Program-made: the position numbers and the translations under genes
Notes under the pieces: generated by a model
Told to the model about the DNA's origin: nothing
Databases searched by the model: none
What the model saw: the letters and a program-made list of their open reading frames with translations, nothing else
Part shown: piece by piece, positions 1 through 8,943 of the stretch
Numbering within the stretch: position 1 is the first letter of the stretch
How the letters are laid out: the number at the start of each line of letters is the position of its first letter
Assembly: GCF_037652055.1 (NCBI RefSeq)
Contig: NZ_JBBKAH010000001.1
Coordinates: 66,221-130,220 of the forward strand
Length of the DNA: 64,000 nucleotides
Direction of reading: 5' to 3'
Source: Pelagibius sp. 7325
GTDB taxonomy: Bacteria > Pseudomonadota > Alphaproteobacteria > Kiloniellales > Kiloniellaceae

Positions 1-52
1 GTGGCGCCGTGCGTGCGATGTCGCAGGGTCGACTGCTTGCCCGCACCGTCCA

Positions 53-131
53 CCCCTCACCCAGCTTCGCCTAAGCGCAGTCTTCGACTTCGCTAAGGCT
101 TCACAACCCTCTCCCGCAAGGGGAGAGGGAA
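53..131. repeat. REP-like palindromic element (family B: ccctcacccagcttcgcctaagcgc...gctaaggc..ccctctccc-N-gggagaggg)
   Basis: Shares the cccctcacccagcttcgcctaagcgc head and the ccctctcccgcaaggggagaggg palindromic tail with copies at 23388-23500, 24119-24200 and 28961-29040. Confidence 0.7.
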
Positions 132-152
132 AAAGGTGCGCCACTCCCGTAC

Positions 153-1997
153 TCACGCCGACTCCTTCAGGCGGACCGCCTGCGGCCGGCGTTCCAGCAG
201 CGGCAGCTCGATGGTGAAGACGGCGCCGCCGCCGGGGTGGTTCTCGGCGCGCAGCACGCCGTCGAAGTCCTTCACGATGTTGTAGGAGATCGAGAGCCCC
301 AGGCCGAGCCCCTCGCCGACGTCCTTGGTGGTGAAGAAGGGATCGAAGATGCGGCCCAGTTCCTCGGCGGCGATGCCGGGCCCGTGGTCGCGCAGGGAGA
401 ACACCACCTGCCCCTTTCCGTCGGGGCCGGCGCGGTCGGTAACGTCGATCTCGATGCGCGGGGCCGGCCGGTCCTTCATGGCGTCGAGCGCGTTGGCGAC
501 GAGGTTGAGGATCACGTGCTGCAGGCGCACCCGCCCGGCCAGCACGGTGAGGCCGCGATCGAATTGCGCGACCGTGACCTCGGCGCCGGCGCGCTCCAGC
601 CTCGTGCGCAGGAAGTCGAGGGTGTCGTCCAGCACCTCGGCCAGCACCACGGGCCGGAGTTCGCGGCGCGGCTTGCGCGCGAAGGTCATCAGGTGCTTGC
701 TGATCTCGGCCATCCGGCCGGTCAGGTCCTTGATGCGCTTCAGGTTACCCATCGCTTCGCCCTGACGGTCGCGCTCGATGAGCATCTGCGCGTTGTCGGC
801 GTAGGAGCGGATGGCCGCCAGCGGCTGGTTGAACTCATGGCTCAAGGCGGCCGACATCTGGCCCAGCGCCGCCAGCTTGCCGGCCTGGACGAGGTCGTCC
901 TGCGCGCGGCGCAGGTCGGCGGTGCGTTCCTCGACGCGGCGCTCGAGTTCTTCCGAGGCGCGGCGCTGGAACTCGATGCGCTCGACCAGGCGCGCGCGGC
1001 GCTGCACGATCACGGTGACGAGGAGCAGCGTGAGGGCGCAGGCCAGCGTCGCCACCACCATCGCCGTCGCCGTCTGCGAATGCGCCAGCTGCGTCGAGGC
1101 CAGCACGTTGAGGGTCCAGCCGGCCTCCGGCATCTGCTGCGACACCATCACGTATTCGCGCGCGCTCTCGCCCTCGCCCGCGCCGGCGACGCTCATCAGG
1201 CGCAGCCCGCCGGCCCGGCTGCGCAGCTCGACGTCCAGCGGGCGCAGGTCGACCGACTCGTAGCGCCGGTTCTCGGCGATGGCGCTCAGCGCCGCGCCGT
1301 CCAGCGGCGCGAGGCTGCGATAGCGCCACTGCGGCCGGCTGGCGATGAAAATGACGCCGTGCGGGTCGGTGACGATGACGTCCTCCTCGCTGGCGGTCCA
1401 TGAGCGCTCGATGTCGTCGAGGCTGACCTTCACCACCACGGCGCCCAGGATCTCCCCGTCCTTGGAGACCTGGGAGGCGAAGTAGTAGCCGCGCTTGCCC
1501 GACGTGGTGCCCAGCGCGAAGTAGCGCCCGAGGCGGCCCTGCATGGCCTGCTGGAAGTAGGGCCGGAAGGAGAAGTTGTTGCCGACGAAGGGCTTGTCGC
1601 CGTCCCAGTTGCTGGCGGCGAAGGTCATGCCGCCGGCATCCATGAAGTAGGTGTCCTCGGCCCCGGTCAGGCGGTTCACCGTCACCGTCAGCTGGTTGGC
1701 GCGCGCCCGCACCGCGGGGTCGTCCGGTGCCTGGAACAGCACCGCCACGTCGTCGTGCAGCGCCAGCAGCTTCGGCACCGACTGGTACTTGCCGAGCGCG
1801 CCGGAGAGGTTGCTGGCGTAGAGGTCGAGCTTGGCGGCGGCGCGGGCCCGGGTCTGCTCCAGGAACAGGTCCTCGGCCCAGGCCTGGGTCAGCAGCACCA
1901 CGGCGGTGCAGGCGGCCAGCGCCGCGCCCAGCCACAGCAGGCCGCGGCCCCAGCCGGCCGTGCCGCCGGGCTCAGCTTTTGAAGAGGGAGTCGGCAC
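153..1997 (-). CDS. sensor histidine kinase (DctB-like: periplasmic sensor, two TM segments, HisKA H-box, HATPase_c)
   Basis: 614-aa ORF. It has an N-terminal TM and periplasmic domain, a second TM (ATAMVVATLACALTLLLVTVIV), the H-box LSHEFNQPL, and G-box motifs (GLGLGLSISYNIV) near the C-terminus. Confidence 0.8.
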   Translation of the reverse strand: MPTPSSKAEPGGTAGWGRGLLWLGAALAACTAVVLLTQAWAEDLFLEQTRARAAAKLDLYASNLSGALGKYQSVPKLLALHDDVAVLFQAPDDPAVRARANQLTVTVNRLTGAEDTYFMDAGGMTFAASNWDGDKPFVGNNFSFRPYFQQAMQGRLGRYFALGTTSGKRGYYFASQVSKDGEILGAVVVKVSLDDIERSWTASEEDVIVTDPHGVIFIASRPQWRYRSLAPLDGAALSAIAENRRYESVDLRPLDVELRSRAGGLRLMSVAGAGEGESAREYVMVSQQMPEAGWTLNVLASTQLAHSQTATAMVVATLACALTLLLVTVIVQRRARLVERIEFQRRASEELERRVEERTADLRRAQDDLVQAGKLAALGQMSAALSHEFNQPLAAIRSYADNAQMLIERDRQGEAMGNLKRIKDLTGRMAEISKHLMTFARKPRRELRPVVLAEVLDDTLDFLRTRLERAGAEVTVAQFDRGLTVLAGRVRLQHVILNLVANALDAMKDRPAPRIEIDVTDRAGPDGKGQVVFSLRDHGPGIAAEELGRIFDPFFTTKDVGEGLGLGLSISYNIVKDFDGVLRAENHPGGGAVFTIELPLLERRPQAVRLKESA

Positions 1998-2154
1998 CGC
2001 TGAGATAGCTCTTCTTGGCCGCGATCTTCTGCTTCACCCGCTCTGCCTCGGCCTCCAGGTTGGCGAGGTAGGCCTCCAGCTCGTCGACCCCCAGGGTGTC
2101 GAGATCCTTCGGCTTGGGCTTCTGCTTGCGCGGCTCCAGGTCTTCCAATTCCAT
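1972..2154 (-). CDS. DUF1192-family small protein
   Basis: C-terminal 60 aa (MELEDLEPRKQKPKPKDLDTLGVDELEAYLANLEAEAERVKQKIAAKKSYLSGADSLFKS) fit the conserved small DUF1192 protein of alphaproteobacteria. The upstream part of the listed ORF is high-GC read-through. Confidence 0.55.
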   Translation of the reverse strand: MELEDLEPRKQKPKPKDLDTLGVDELEAYLANLEAEAERVKQKIAAKKSYLSGADSLFKS

Positions 2155-2311
2155 GGCTTCTGGCCTCCTTTCCCCCCGGCCATGCGGCATTCCGGGCCGT
2201 TTTTCAGACCGCTTTCGGTCTTGCCCGGCCCTTGCCAGGGCGGGGCGCACTATACTAACACCCCCACAAGGAAACATCCCTACAGCCCGTTGATCCCACA
2301 GGAGTCCCCGC

Positions 2312-3310
2312 ATGAGCCTGCCCAGCACCATGAAAGTCGTCGAGATCCGCGAGCCGGGCGGCCCGGAGGTCCTGGTCGCCGCCGAGCGGCCTCTGCCGCA
2401 GCCGGGCGAGGGCGAGGTGCTGATCAAGGTGGCGGCGGCCGGGGTGAACCGGCCGGACTGCCTGCAGCGCCAGGGCAGCTACCCGCCGCCCAAGGGCGCC
2501 TCGGACATCCCCGGCCTGGAGATCGCCGGCGAGATCGCCGCGCTGGGCGCCGGTGTCTCCGGCCTGAAGGTGGGCGATCGGGTTTGCGCCCTGGTGACCG
2601 GCGGCGGCTATGCCGAGTACTGCGCCGCCCCCGCGCCGCAGTGCCTGCCGGTACCCAAGGGCTATTCCATGGAGCAGGCGGCCTGCCTGCCGGAAACCTT
2701 CTTCACCGTCTGGGTGAACGTCTTCCAGCGCTCGGGCCTGAAATCGGGCGAGAGCTTCCTGGTGCACGGCGGCACCTCGGGCATCGGCACCACGGCGATC
2801 CAGCTGGCCAAGGCTTTCGGCTGCACCGTCTTCGCGACCGCCGGCAGCCCGGAAAAGGTCAAGGCCTGCAAGGATCTCGGCGCCGATCATGCGATCAACT
2901 ATAAGAACGAGGATTTCGTTTACGTGGTAAACGAAAATACCGGCGGCAAGGGCGTCGACGTCATCCTCGACATGGTGGGCGGCGACTACATCCCGCGCGA
3001 CATCAAGGCGCTGGCCGAGGACGGCCGCCTCAGCTTCATCGCTTTCCTGGGCGGCCCCAAGGCGGAGGTGAACTTCGCCGCCGTCATGATGAAGCGGCTG
3101 ACCATCACCGGCTCCACCCTGCGCGCGCGGCCGGTGGCGGTGAAGGCGCAGCTGGCCGCCGAGCTGAAGGAGAAGGTCTGGCCGCTGCTGGACGCCGGCA
3201 AGGTCGCCCCGGTCATGGCCGCCAGCTTCCCGCTGGCCGAGGCCGCCAAGGCCCACGCCCTGATGGAAAGCTCGGGCCACATCGGCAAGATCGTGCTCAC
3301 CCTGGACTGA
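2312..3310 (+). CDS. NAD(P)H:quinone oxidoreductase, zinc-type alcohol dehydrogenase superfamily (Qor/PIG3-like)
   Basis: 332 aa. Contains a GroES-like N-domain and the Rossmann motif LVHGGTSGIGTTAIQLAK, ending IGKIVLTLD. Typical MDR quinone reductase. Confidence 0.85.
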   Translation: MSLPSTMKVVEIREPGGPEVLVAAERPLPQPGEGEVLIKVAAAGVNRPDCLQRQGSYPPPKGASDIPGLEIAGEIAALGAGVSGLKVGDRVCALVTGGGYAEYCAAPAPQCLPVPKGYSMEQAACLPETFFTVWVNVFQRSGLKSGESFLVHGGTSGIGTTAIQLAKAFGCTVFATAGSPEKVKACKDLGADHAINYKNEDFVYVVNENTGGKGVDVILDMVGGDYIPRDIKALAEDGRLSFIAFLGGPKAEVNFAAVMMKRLTITGSTLRARPVAVKAQLAAELKEKVWPLLDAGKVAPVMAASFPLAEAAKAHALMESSGHIGKIVLTLD

Positions 3311-3509
3311 CGTCACGGGGGACTGACCCTGGCGTCCATAACGCTTTGATTATCTTGGCCTTGTGGATTTCACAGCGGGAATCCGCCGGGGCGCTTTATT
3401 CCCGCTTGGCGGGGCCCTATATTGGGGGTATTCCCACGTCGGCATGAACAGCGTGCCGCCGGCCGGGCGCAGGAATGGGCGCCGGGTCGGAAGGAAGGAG
3501 GATTATCTT

Positions 3510-4160
3510 ATGCCATTACCGCTGATGCCGAAGGCGACCGCCGTCTGGCTGATCGACAATACCGGCCTGTCCTTCGAGCAGGTGGCCGCTTTCTGCGGCC
3601 TCCATCCCCTGGAAGTGCAGGGCATCGCGGACGGCGAGGTGGCCGTGGGCATCCAGGGCATGGACCCGGTGATGTCCGGCGAACTGACCCGCGCCGAGAT
3701 CGAGCGCTGCGAGGCCGACCCGACGGCGCGCCTGGCCACGGCCAAGAGCGACCTGCCGCAGCCGACCAAGCGCACCAAGGGCCCGCGCTATACGCCGGTG
3801 GCCAAGCGCCAGGACAAGCCCGACGGCATCTACTGGCTGGTGCGCCACCATCCGGAGCTGAAGGATTCCCAGATCGCGCGCCTGATCGGCACCACCAAGA
3901 CGACCATCCAGGCGGTGCGCGAGCGCACCCACTGGAACTCGCCGAACATCCGCCCGCGCGACCCGGTGCTGCTGGGCCTGTGCAGCCAGATCGACCTCAA
4001 CGCCGCGGTAGAGAAGGCCCGCAAGGCGGCGGAAAAGGCCGGCATCACGCTGCCGCAGCCGGACATCGAGCCGGAACAGGCCTCGGCCCCCGCCCGCGAG
4101 CCCTCGGACAACCCCTTCTCGCTGGAGAACTTCGGCCTGCCGAAAAGCGGCAACGACTGA
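3510..4160 (+). CDS. DUF1013-family protein (cell-cycle regulator TrcR-like)
   Basis: Starts MPLPLMPKATAVWLIDNTGLSFEQVAAFCGLHPLEVQGIADGE with an AGGAAGGAGG RBS just upstream. Conserved alphaproteobacterial DUF1013 architecture. Confidence 0.7.
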   Translation: MPLPLMPKATAVWLIDNTGLSFEQVAAFCGLHPLEVQGIADGEVAVGIQGMDPVMSGELTRAEIERCEADPTARLATAKSDLPQPTKRTKGPRYTPVAKRQDKPDGIYWLVRHHPELKDSQIARLIGTTKTTIQAVRERTHWNSPNIRPRDPVLLGLCSQIDLNAAVEKARKAAEKAGITLPQPDIEPEQASAPAREPSDNPFSLENFGLPKSGND

Positions 4161-4315
4161 CGCCTTCCAGCGTCCCGACCAGAAAAACCCCTCGCCTTCG
4201 GACGAGGGGTTTTTTCTTGCGCGCTTCGGGGGGCCGCATGTCTCGGAATTGCATTTGTCATCCGCGGCGGCCTGCCGGTAAGTGAACCTGCTGCCGCGCA
4301 AAAAAGGAGAGTGCC

Positions 4316-5854
4316 ATGAGCACGTCGGCCAAGGACTGGCTTATCGGCAAGGCCCTGAAGGTCGTCGTCGCGGTGCCGCCGCTGCACCGCTTCGTCAATC
4401 GCCGGCTGATCAACAGCTATGCCTACGCCACCGGCTCGCGTCCGCGCGCCTTTTCCATGGCCGCCGACTACACGACCTGGCCGGGGCTGACCGACCGGCG
4501 CTACTCCGGACGCCACCTGGGCGCCCAGCGCGCCTACAACGCCGCGCTGCCGCCGCTGGACGAGGTGCTGGCGCTGTTCAAGCGGACGGAGGACCGCCGC
4601 GCGACCGACACCAGCCTGCTGTTCCCCTTCTTCGCCCAGTGGTTCACCGACAGCTTCCTGCGCACCAAGTGGAAGGAGCCCGAGAAGCAGGACTTCGCCG
4701 AGAACGAAAGCAACCACGAGATCGACCTCTGCCAGATCTACGGCATCAGCGCGGCGCAGATCGACATGCTGCGCGCCCACGAAGGCGGCCGGCTGAAAAG
4801 CCAGATGATCGGCGGCGAGGTCTTTCCCGCCGCGCTGTTCGAGGAGCGCGGCGGCACCATGGTGCTGAAGCCGGAATTCGCGACGCTCTACAGCGAAGCG
4901 AATTTCAACCGCGTCTTCGCCCGCGCCGACGACGCGCAGAAGCGCAGCGCCTTCGCGGTCGGCCTGGAGCACGGCAACTCGACCATCGGCAACGCGCTGA
5001 TGAACACCCTGTTCCTGCGCGAGCACAATCGCGTCGCCGGCGTGCTGCAGCGCGCGCATCCCGACTGGGACGACGAGCGCCTGTTCCAGACCACGCGCAA
5101 CGCCTGCATCGTCCTGCTGCTGAAGATCGTCATCGGCGACTACATCGTGCACATCGCGCCGGCCGACTTCCCGCTGATGGTGGTGCCCGGGATGGCCGAG
5201 GAGGAAAGCTGGTACCGCACCAACTGGATCGCCGTGGAGTTCGCGCTGCTGTACCGCTGGCATGACCTGATCCCGGCGACGGCCACCTTCGGCGGCGAGA
5301 CGCGCGACGGCAGCGCGCTGCGCCACGGCAACGACTGGCTGCTGCAGGTCGGCGTCGACCAGGCCTGCCGCGACGCCTCGCGGCAGCTGGCCGGCAAGAT
5401 CGGCCTCGGCAACACGGCCGAGTTCCTGCTGGACGTGAAGAAGAGCAGCTTGCTGATGGCGCGCACCTGCAACCTGGCGCCCTACAACGCCTACCGCAAA
5501 TACTACGGCAAGCCGCCGGTGGAGAGCTTCGAGGCGCTGACCCGCGATCCGGCGCTGGCCGCCCGGCTGCAGTCGCTCTACGGCTCGATCGACAAGCTGG
5601 AGTGGTTCGTCGGCATCTTCGCCGAAGCCTTCGACGAGAAGGAGATGATGGGCGAGCTGTTGAAGACCATGGTCGCCAACGACGCCTTCACCCAGGCGCT
5701 GACCAATCCGCTGCTGGCCAAGGGCGTCTACAACGCCGACACCTTCTCCAAGGAAGGCATGGCGATCATCGACGAGACCAACGGCCTGGCCGACGTGATC
5801 GTGCGCAACACCGGCATCACCGACAAGGCCGAGGTCGGCTTCAAGATCCGCTAG
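4316..5854 (+). CDS. haem peroxidase of the peroxidase-cyclooxygenase (animal haem peroxidase) superfamily; cyclooxygenase-like fatty-acid oxygenase candidate
   Basis: 512 aa. FFAQWFTDSF, HEIDLCQIYG and LFLREHNRV match the distal-His, catalytic and proximal-His signature blocks of PGHS/COX-type enzymes (AQHFTHQFF, HGVDLGHIYG, LWLREHNRV). Confidence 0.75.
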   Translation: MSTSAKDWLIGKALKVVVAVPPLHRFVNRRLINSYAYATGSRPRAFSMAADYTTWPGLTDRRYSGRHLGAQRAYNAALPPLDEVLALFKRTEDRRATDTSLLFPFFAQWFTDSFLRTKWKEPEKQDFAENESNHEIDLCQIYGISAAQIDMLRAHEGGRLKSQMIGGEVFPAALFEERGGTMVLKPEFATLYSEANFNRVFARADDAQKRSAFAVGLEHGNSTIGNALMNTLFLREHNRVAGVLQRAHPDWDDERLFQTTRNACIVLLLKIVIGDYIVHIAPADFPLMVVPGMAEEESWYRTNWIAVEFALLYRWHDLIPATATFGGETRDGSALRHGNDWLLQVGVDQACRDASRQLAGKIGLGNTAEFLLDVKKSSLLMARTCNLAPYNAYRKYYGKPPVESFEALTRDPALAARLQSLYGSIDKLEWFVGIFAEAFDEKEMMGELLKTMVANDAFTQALTNPLLAKGVYNADTFSKEGMAIIDETNGLADVIVRNTGITDKAEVGFKIR

Positions 5855-5933
5855 CCGGGCTGCCAACACGCACGCTGTCGTCCCGGTCCTTGTCCCTATG
5901 ATGGTCGCACATTTCTGTCGGCGACTGAGGCTG

Positions 5934-6150
5934 TCATCCCGGCCAAGCGAGCGGAGCGAGCGCGAGCCGGGATCTATGGTTGAGGTCGGGCTCCGGACAT
6001 AGCCATGGGCGTCTCAGTGGATGCCGCAGTCGAGCATCCCCAAGCACTGGGCAACGCGGAGCGGAAGAAATCTGGGGCGGGGCCGGCGCTCGTTCGATCC
6101 ATGGACCCCGGCTCGCGCTCGCTGTCGCTCGCTTGGCCGGGGTGACATCT
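5934..6150. repeat. MITE-like element with ~42-bp terminal inverted repeats (family C)
   Basis: gtcatcccggccaagcgagcggagcgagcgcgagccgggatc at 5934-5975 and its reverse complement at about 6104-6148. A second copy with the same termini lies at 63760-63967. Confidence 0.65.
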
Positions 6151-6202
6151 TGGGTGAGCGAGAGATGTATATCGCACAGAGAGCGACTCCCCGAACGGCG
6201 CG

Positions 6203-7198
6203 TCACGCCAGTTCCTTCACCTTGGCCCAGAGCGCGGCGTCGACGGCAAAGCCGCGGTGCAGGGCGTGGCGCAGGGCGTCGCCCTTGGCGAGGCCGGGCA
6301 GGTGCACGCCCTCTTCGGCGGCTACGGCGTCGAGCCAGGACTGCAGCTGCGCGTGAAAGCCGGCGTGCGGCGCGATCGCCAGGATGAAGACGCCGCTGCC
6401 CGGCGACTTGCCGCCCTTGTTGAAGGCCGGCGCGTCCTTCGACCAGTTGGCGCCGGTGAGGCCCGCGGCCAGCAGCTCGACCATCAGCGCGATGTTGGCG
6501 CCGCGCACGCCGCCGAAAGGCAGGACGCTGCCGGCCAGCGCCGCGCGGGCGTCGGTGGTGGGGTGCCCGGCGGGATCGAGCGCCCAGCCTTCGGGGATCT
6601 CGCGCGCAGCCTCGGCATGCTCGCGGATCTTCGCCAGCGAGGCGGCGGAGGACGACTGGTCGATGACAAGCGCGGCGGACTCCTCGCCCGTCGGCACCGC
6701 GAAGGCCAGCGGGTTGGTGCAGAAGACCGGCGCCTTGCCGCCGGAGGCCGCCATCACCGCCGGGCCGGCATTGGCGGCGACCAGCGCGGCGAGGCCGTGC
6801 GCCTCGGCCAGCTTGCGGGCGAAGAAGCCGAGCGCGCCGCAGGGGTAGCCGTTGGCGAGCGTGAGCACGGCGACGCCCAGCGTCTGCGCCCCTTCGGCGA
6901 GGCGCGGCAGCGCGCGCTCGAAGCCCAGATGCGGGAAGCCCTCGGCGACGTCGACACGGGTCACGGCCTCGGTGATCTCTTCGATTACCGGCTCGGCATC
7001 GCCCCGAATGCGGCCGTCGCGCAGCGCGTCCCGGTAGGCGATGAGATGCTTCAGGCCGACGCCGCGGTTGCCCTCGGCCTCGGCCGTGACGAGGGCGCGG
7101 CCGGTGGCCGCCGCGTGCTCCGGCGTGGCGCCGGCGGCCTTCAGGGCGGCCACCGCGGCGGCCAGCGCCTCGTTGAAGCTGACGGTAATCTCGGCCAC
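6203..7198 (-). CDS. Ldh_2 family oxidoreductase (malate/L-lactate/sulfolactate dehydrogenase family)
   Basis: 331 aa. N-terminal MAEITVSFNEALAAAVAALKAAGA and a GHKGxGL-type block (GNRGVGLKHL), typical of the Ldh_2 family. Confidence 0.7.
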   Translation of the reverse strand: MAEITVSFNEALAAAVAALKAAGATPEHAAATGRALVTAEAEGNRGVGLKHLIAYRDALRDGRIRGDAEPVIEEITEAVTRVDVAEGFPHLGFERALPRLAEGAQTLGVAVLTLANGYPCGALGFFARKLAEAHGLAALVAANAGPAVMAASGGKAPVFCTNPLAFAVPTGEESAALVIDQSSSAASLAKIREHAEAAREIPEGWALDPAGHPTTDARAALAGSVLPFGGVRGANIALMVELLAAGLTGANWSKDAPAFNKGGKSPGSGVFILAIAPHAGFHAQLQSWLDAVAAEEGVHLPGLAKGDALRHALHRGFAVDAALWAKVKELA

Positions 7199-7228
7199 GG
7201 CCGGAATCCCTGTCGCGGCCCTACTCTT

Positions 7229-8026
7229 TCACCCCTGCTCCTTCACCGGCACCATATAGTTGAGGCCGAGGCGCCCGCCGTCGGCGTAGATGGTCTGGCC
7301 GGTGATGTAGCTGGCGTCGGACGAGGCGAGGAAGACGGCGACGTTGCCCATCTCCTCCGGCTCGCCGAGGCGGCCCATGGGGGTGCGCGACATGACGTTG
7401 CGCCAGGCCACGGGATCGTTGTTCACCGCGCGCACCATCTCGGTATTGATCGAGCCCGGGCCGATGGCGTTCACGCGGATGCCCTTGTCGGCCAGCGCCA
7501 GCGACATGACCTTGGTGAGCTGGTTCACGCCGCCCTTGGCGACGCAGTAGGGCGTGATGGAAGGGATCGCGACCACGGCGTTGATCGAGGACATGTTCAC
7601 GATGGCGCCGCAGGTGCCGTCTTTGCGGGGCCCCTGCTTCACCATCTGTTTCGCCGCCGCCTGGCCGCAGAGAAAGACGCCCTTCAGGTTCACCCGCAGC
7701 ACCGCGTCGAAGTCGGCTTCCGTGAACTCCAGGAAGTCGCCCGCCTTCACGATGCCGGCGTTGGCGACCAGGGTGTCGATGCGCCCGTAGGCGGCGACGG
7801 CCGAGGCGATCAGCGCGTCCACCTGCGCCTTGTCGCCCACGTCGCAGGCGATGAAGACCGCCTCGTTGCCGGCGCCCTGCAGCCGCTCGGCCGCCTCCTC
7901 GCCCTTGGTCTGGTCGACGTCGGAGAGCACCACCCGGGCGCCCTCGGCGGCGAAGCGCTCGGCGCAGCCGTAGCCGATGCCCTGAGACGCGCCGGTGATC
8001 ACCACGACCTGGTCTTTCACGCGCAT
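7229..8026 (-). CDS. SDR family NAD(P)-dependent oxidoreductase (glucose 1-dehydrogenase-like)
   Basis: 265 aa. TGASQGIG glycine motif, NAG, catalytic Y..K (YCVAKGG) and PGSINT. Confidence 0.85.
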   Translation of the reverse strand: MRVKDQVVVITGASQGIGYGCAERFAAEGARVVLSDVDQTKGEEAAERLQGAGNEAVFIACDVGDKAQVDALIASAVAAYGRIDTLVANAGIVKAGDFLEFTEADFDAVLRVNLKGVFLCGQAAAKQMVKQGPRKDGTCGAIVNMSSINAVVAIPSITPYCVAKGGVNQLTKVMSLALADKGIRVNAIGPGSINTEMVRAVNNDPVAWRNVMSRTPMGRLGEPEEMGNVAVFLASSDASYITGQTIYADGGRLGLNYMVPVKEQG

Positions 8027-8340
8027 GTGTCAAGATTCCCTGAGTTTGCTTGGAACGGCGGCCCCCAATGTGACCGGACGGCGCGGCGGGAGCAAGGGGG
8101 CGGGAACCGCTCCCTTGCCGCCTATCCCCGATGGGAAAGAGGGGCTCCGCATCAGCGGAAGGGGGCCAGGTGAGCGTTGCGCGCGAGGAGCACAGCCGCT
8201 AGAAGCTGTTGCGAATAGCTCTCAATTGCAGCATTCTGTGTACGGGGATACCGATCGCCTTGATGTTCCGGGATCGAGCAACGTCGGTCGGAAGGGGAAC
8301 ATCGGCCTTGGGCCAGAACGCCACGACACTGTCGCTCTTC

Positions 8341-8820
8341 ATGGCGCACCGCAACGCCCTGGTGGACTACGCCAGCGTCATTGTGGGCAACCGCGCGCAG
8401 GCGGAGGACCTGGTGCAGGAGGCCTGGTTGCGGTTCGATGCCGCGTCGCAAAACCGATCCCTCGAAGAACCGCAGGGCTACCTCTACAGCATCGTGCGAA
8501 ACCTGGCTTTGGACGGCTACCGACGTGCGGCGCGGGAACGCAAGGTGGTCAGCACCCGGCAGTTCGAGGAAGACGCCCGCAACGCCGCGGACGCGCGGGC
8601 CGATCCCGAGACAATCGCACTGCATCGCGACGAACTGGAGCAGGTCATGGCGGCCCTGGATGAGCTGCCGGAGCGCACCCGCATCGCCTTGGAAATGCAC
8701 CGCTTCGGCGGCTGCAAGCTGCGCGAGATCGCCGATTTTCTCGGCATTTCACTGGCTATGGCGCATGTCCTGGTCGCCAAGGGCGTCGAGCATTGCAAGC
8801 GCCGCCTGGGCCGGCGGTGA
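8341..8820 (+). CDS. fecI: ECF sigma-70 factor, FecI-like
   Basis: Sigma-70 region 2 (DLVQEAWLRF..YLYSIVRNLALDGYR) and region 4 (LPERTRIALEMHRFGGCKLREIADFLGIS). Followed by a FecR gene and a TonB-dependent receptor. Confidence 0.8.
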   Translation: MAHRNALVDYASVIVGNRAQAEDLVQEAWLRFDAASQNRSLEEPQGYLYSIVRNLALDGYRRAARERKVVSTRQFEEDARNAADARADPETIALHRDELEQVMAALDELPERTRIALEMHRFGGCKLREIADFLGISLAMAHVLVAKGVEHCKRRLGRR

Positions 8821-8943
8821 CTTTTCCGACTCCGTTATTAGAAAAGGGAGGGGCGATTGCGTCTAATTGTTGAGAGCAAGCCGGTTATCGCGGACTCCCT
8901 GCTGCACACCGCTGCCACCCGCCACGCGGACTAAGGAAGAGGC

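Noticed and set aside
835-1935. 366-aa minus-strand ORF and the 388-aa plus-strand ORF overlapping the sensor kinase
   Set aside because: Alternative-frame read-throughs of a high-GC gene, with R/G/P-rich low-complexity translations and no motifs.
3830-5869. 679-aa minus-strand ORF
   Set aside because: Antisense to the haem-peroxidase gene, which has clear conserved motifs. Typical GC-rich shadow ORF.
6257-8173. 638-aa plus-strand ORF
   Set aside because: Runs antisense across the Ldh_2 and SDR genes. Its translation is G/R/A-rich noise.
8034-8340. Possible Fur box upstream of fecI
   Set aside because: The region is AT-richer and contains gaatagctctcaattgcag, but I could not align a convincing 19-bp GATAATGATAATCATTATC-like palindrome by eye. 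Left as a suggestion for a PWM scan rather than called as a feature.
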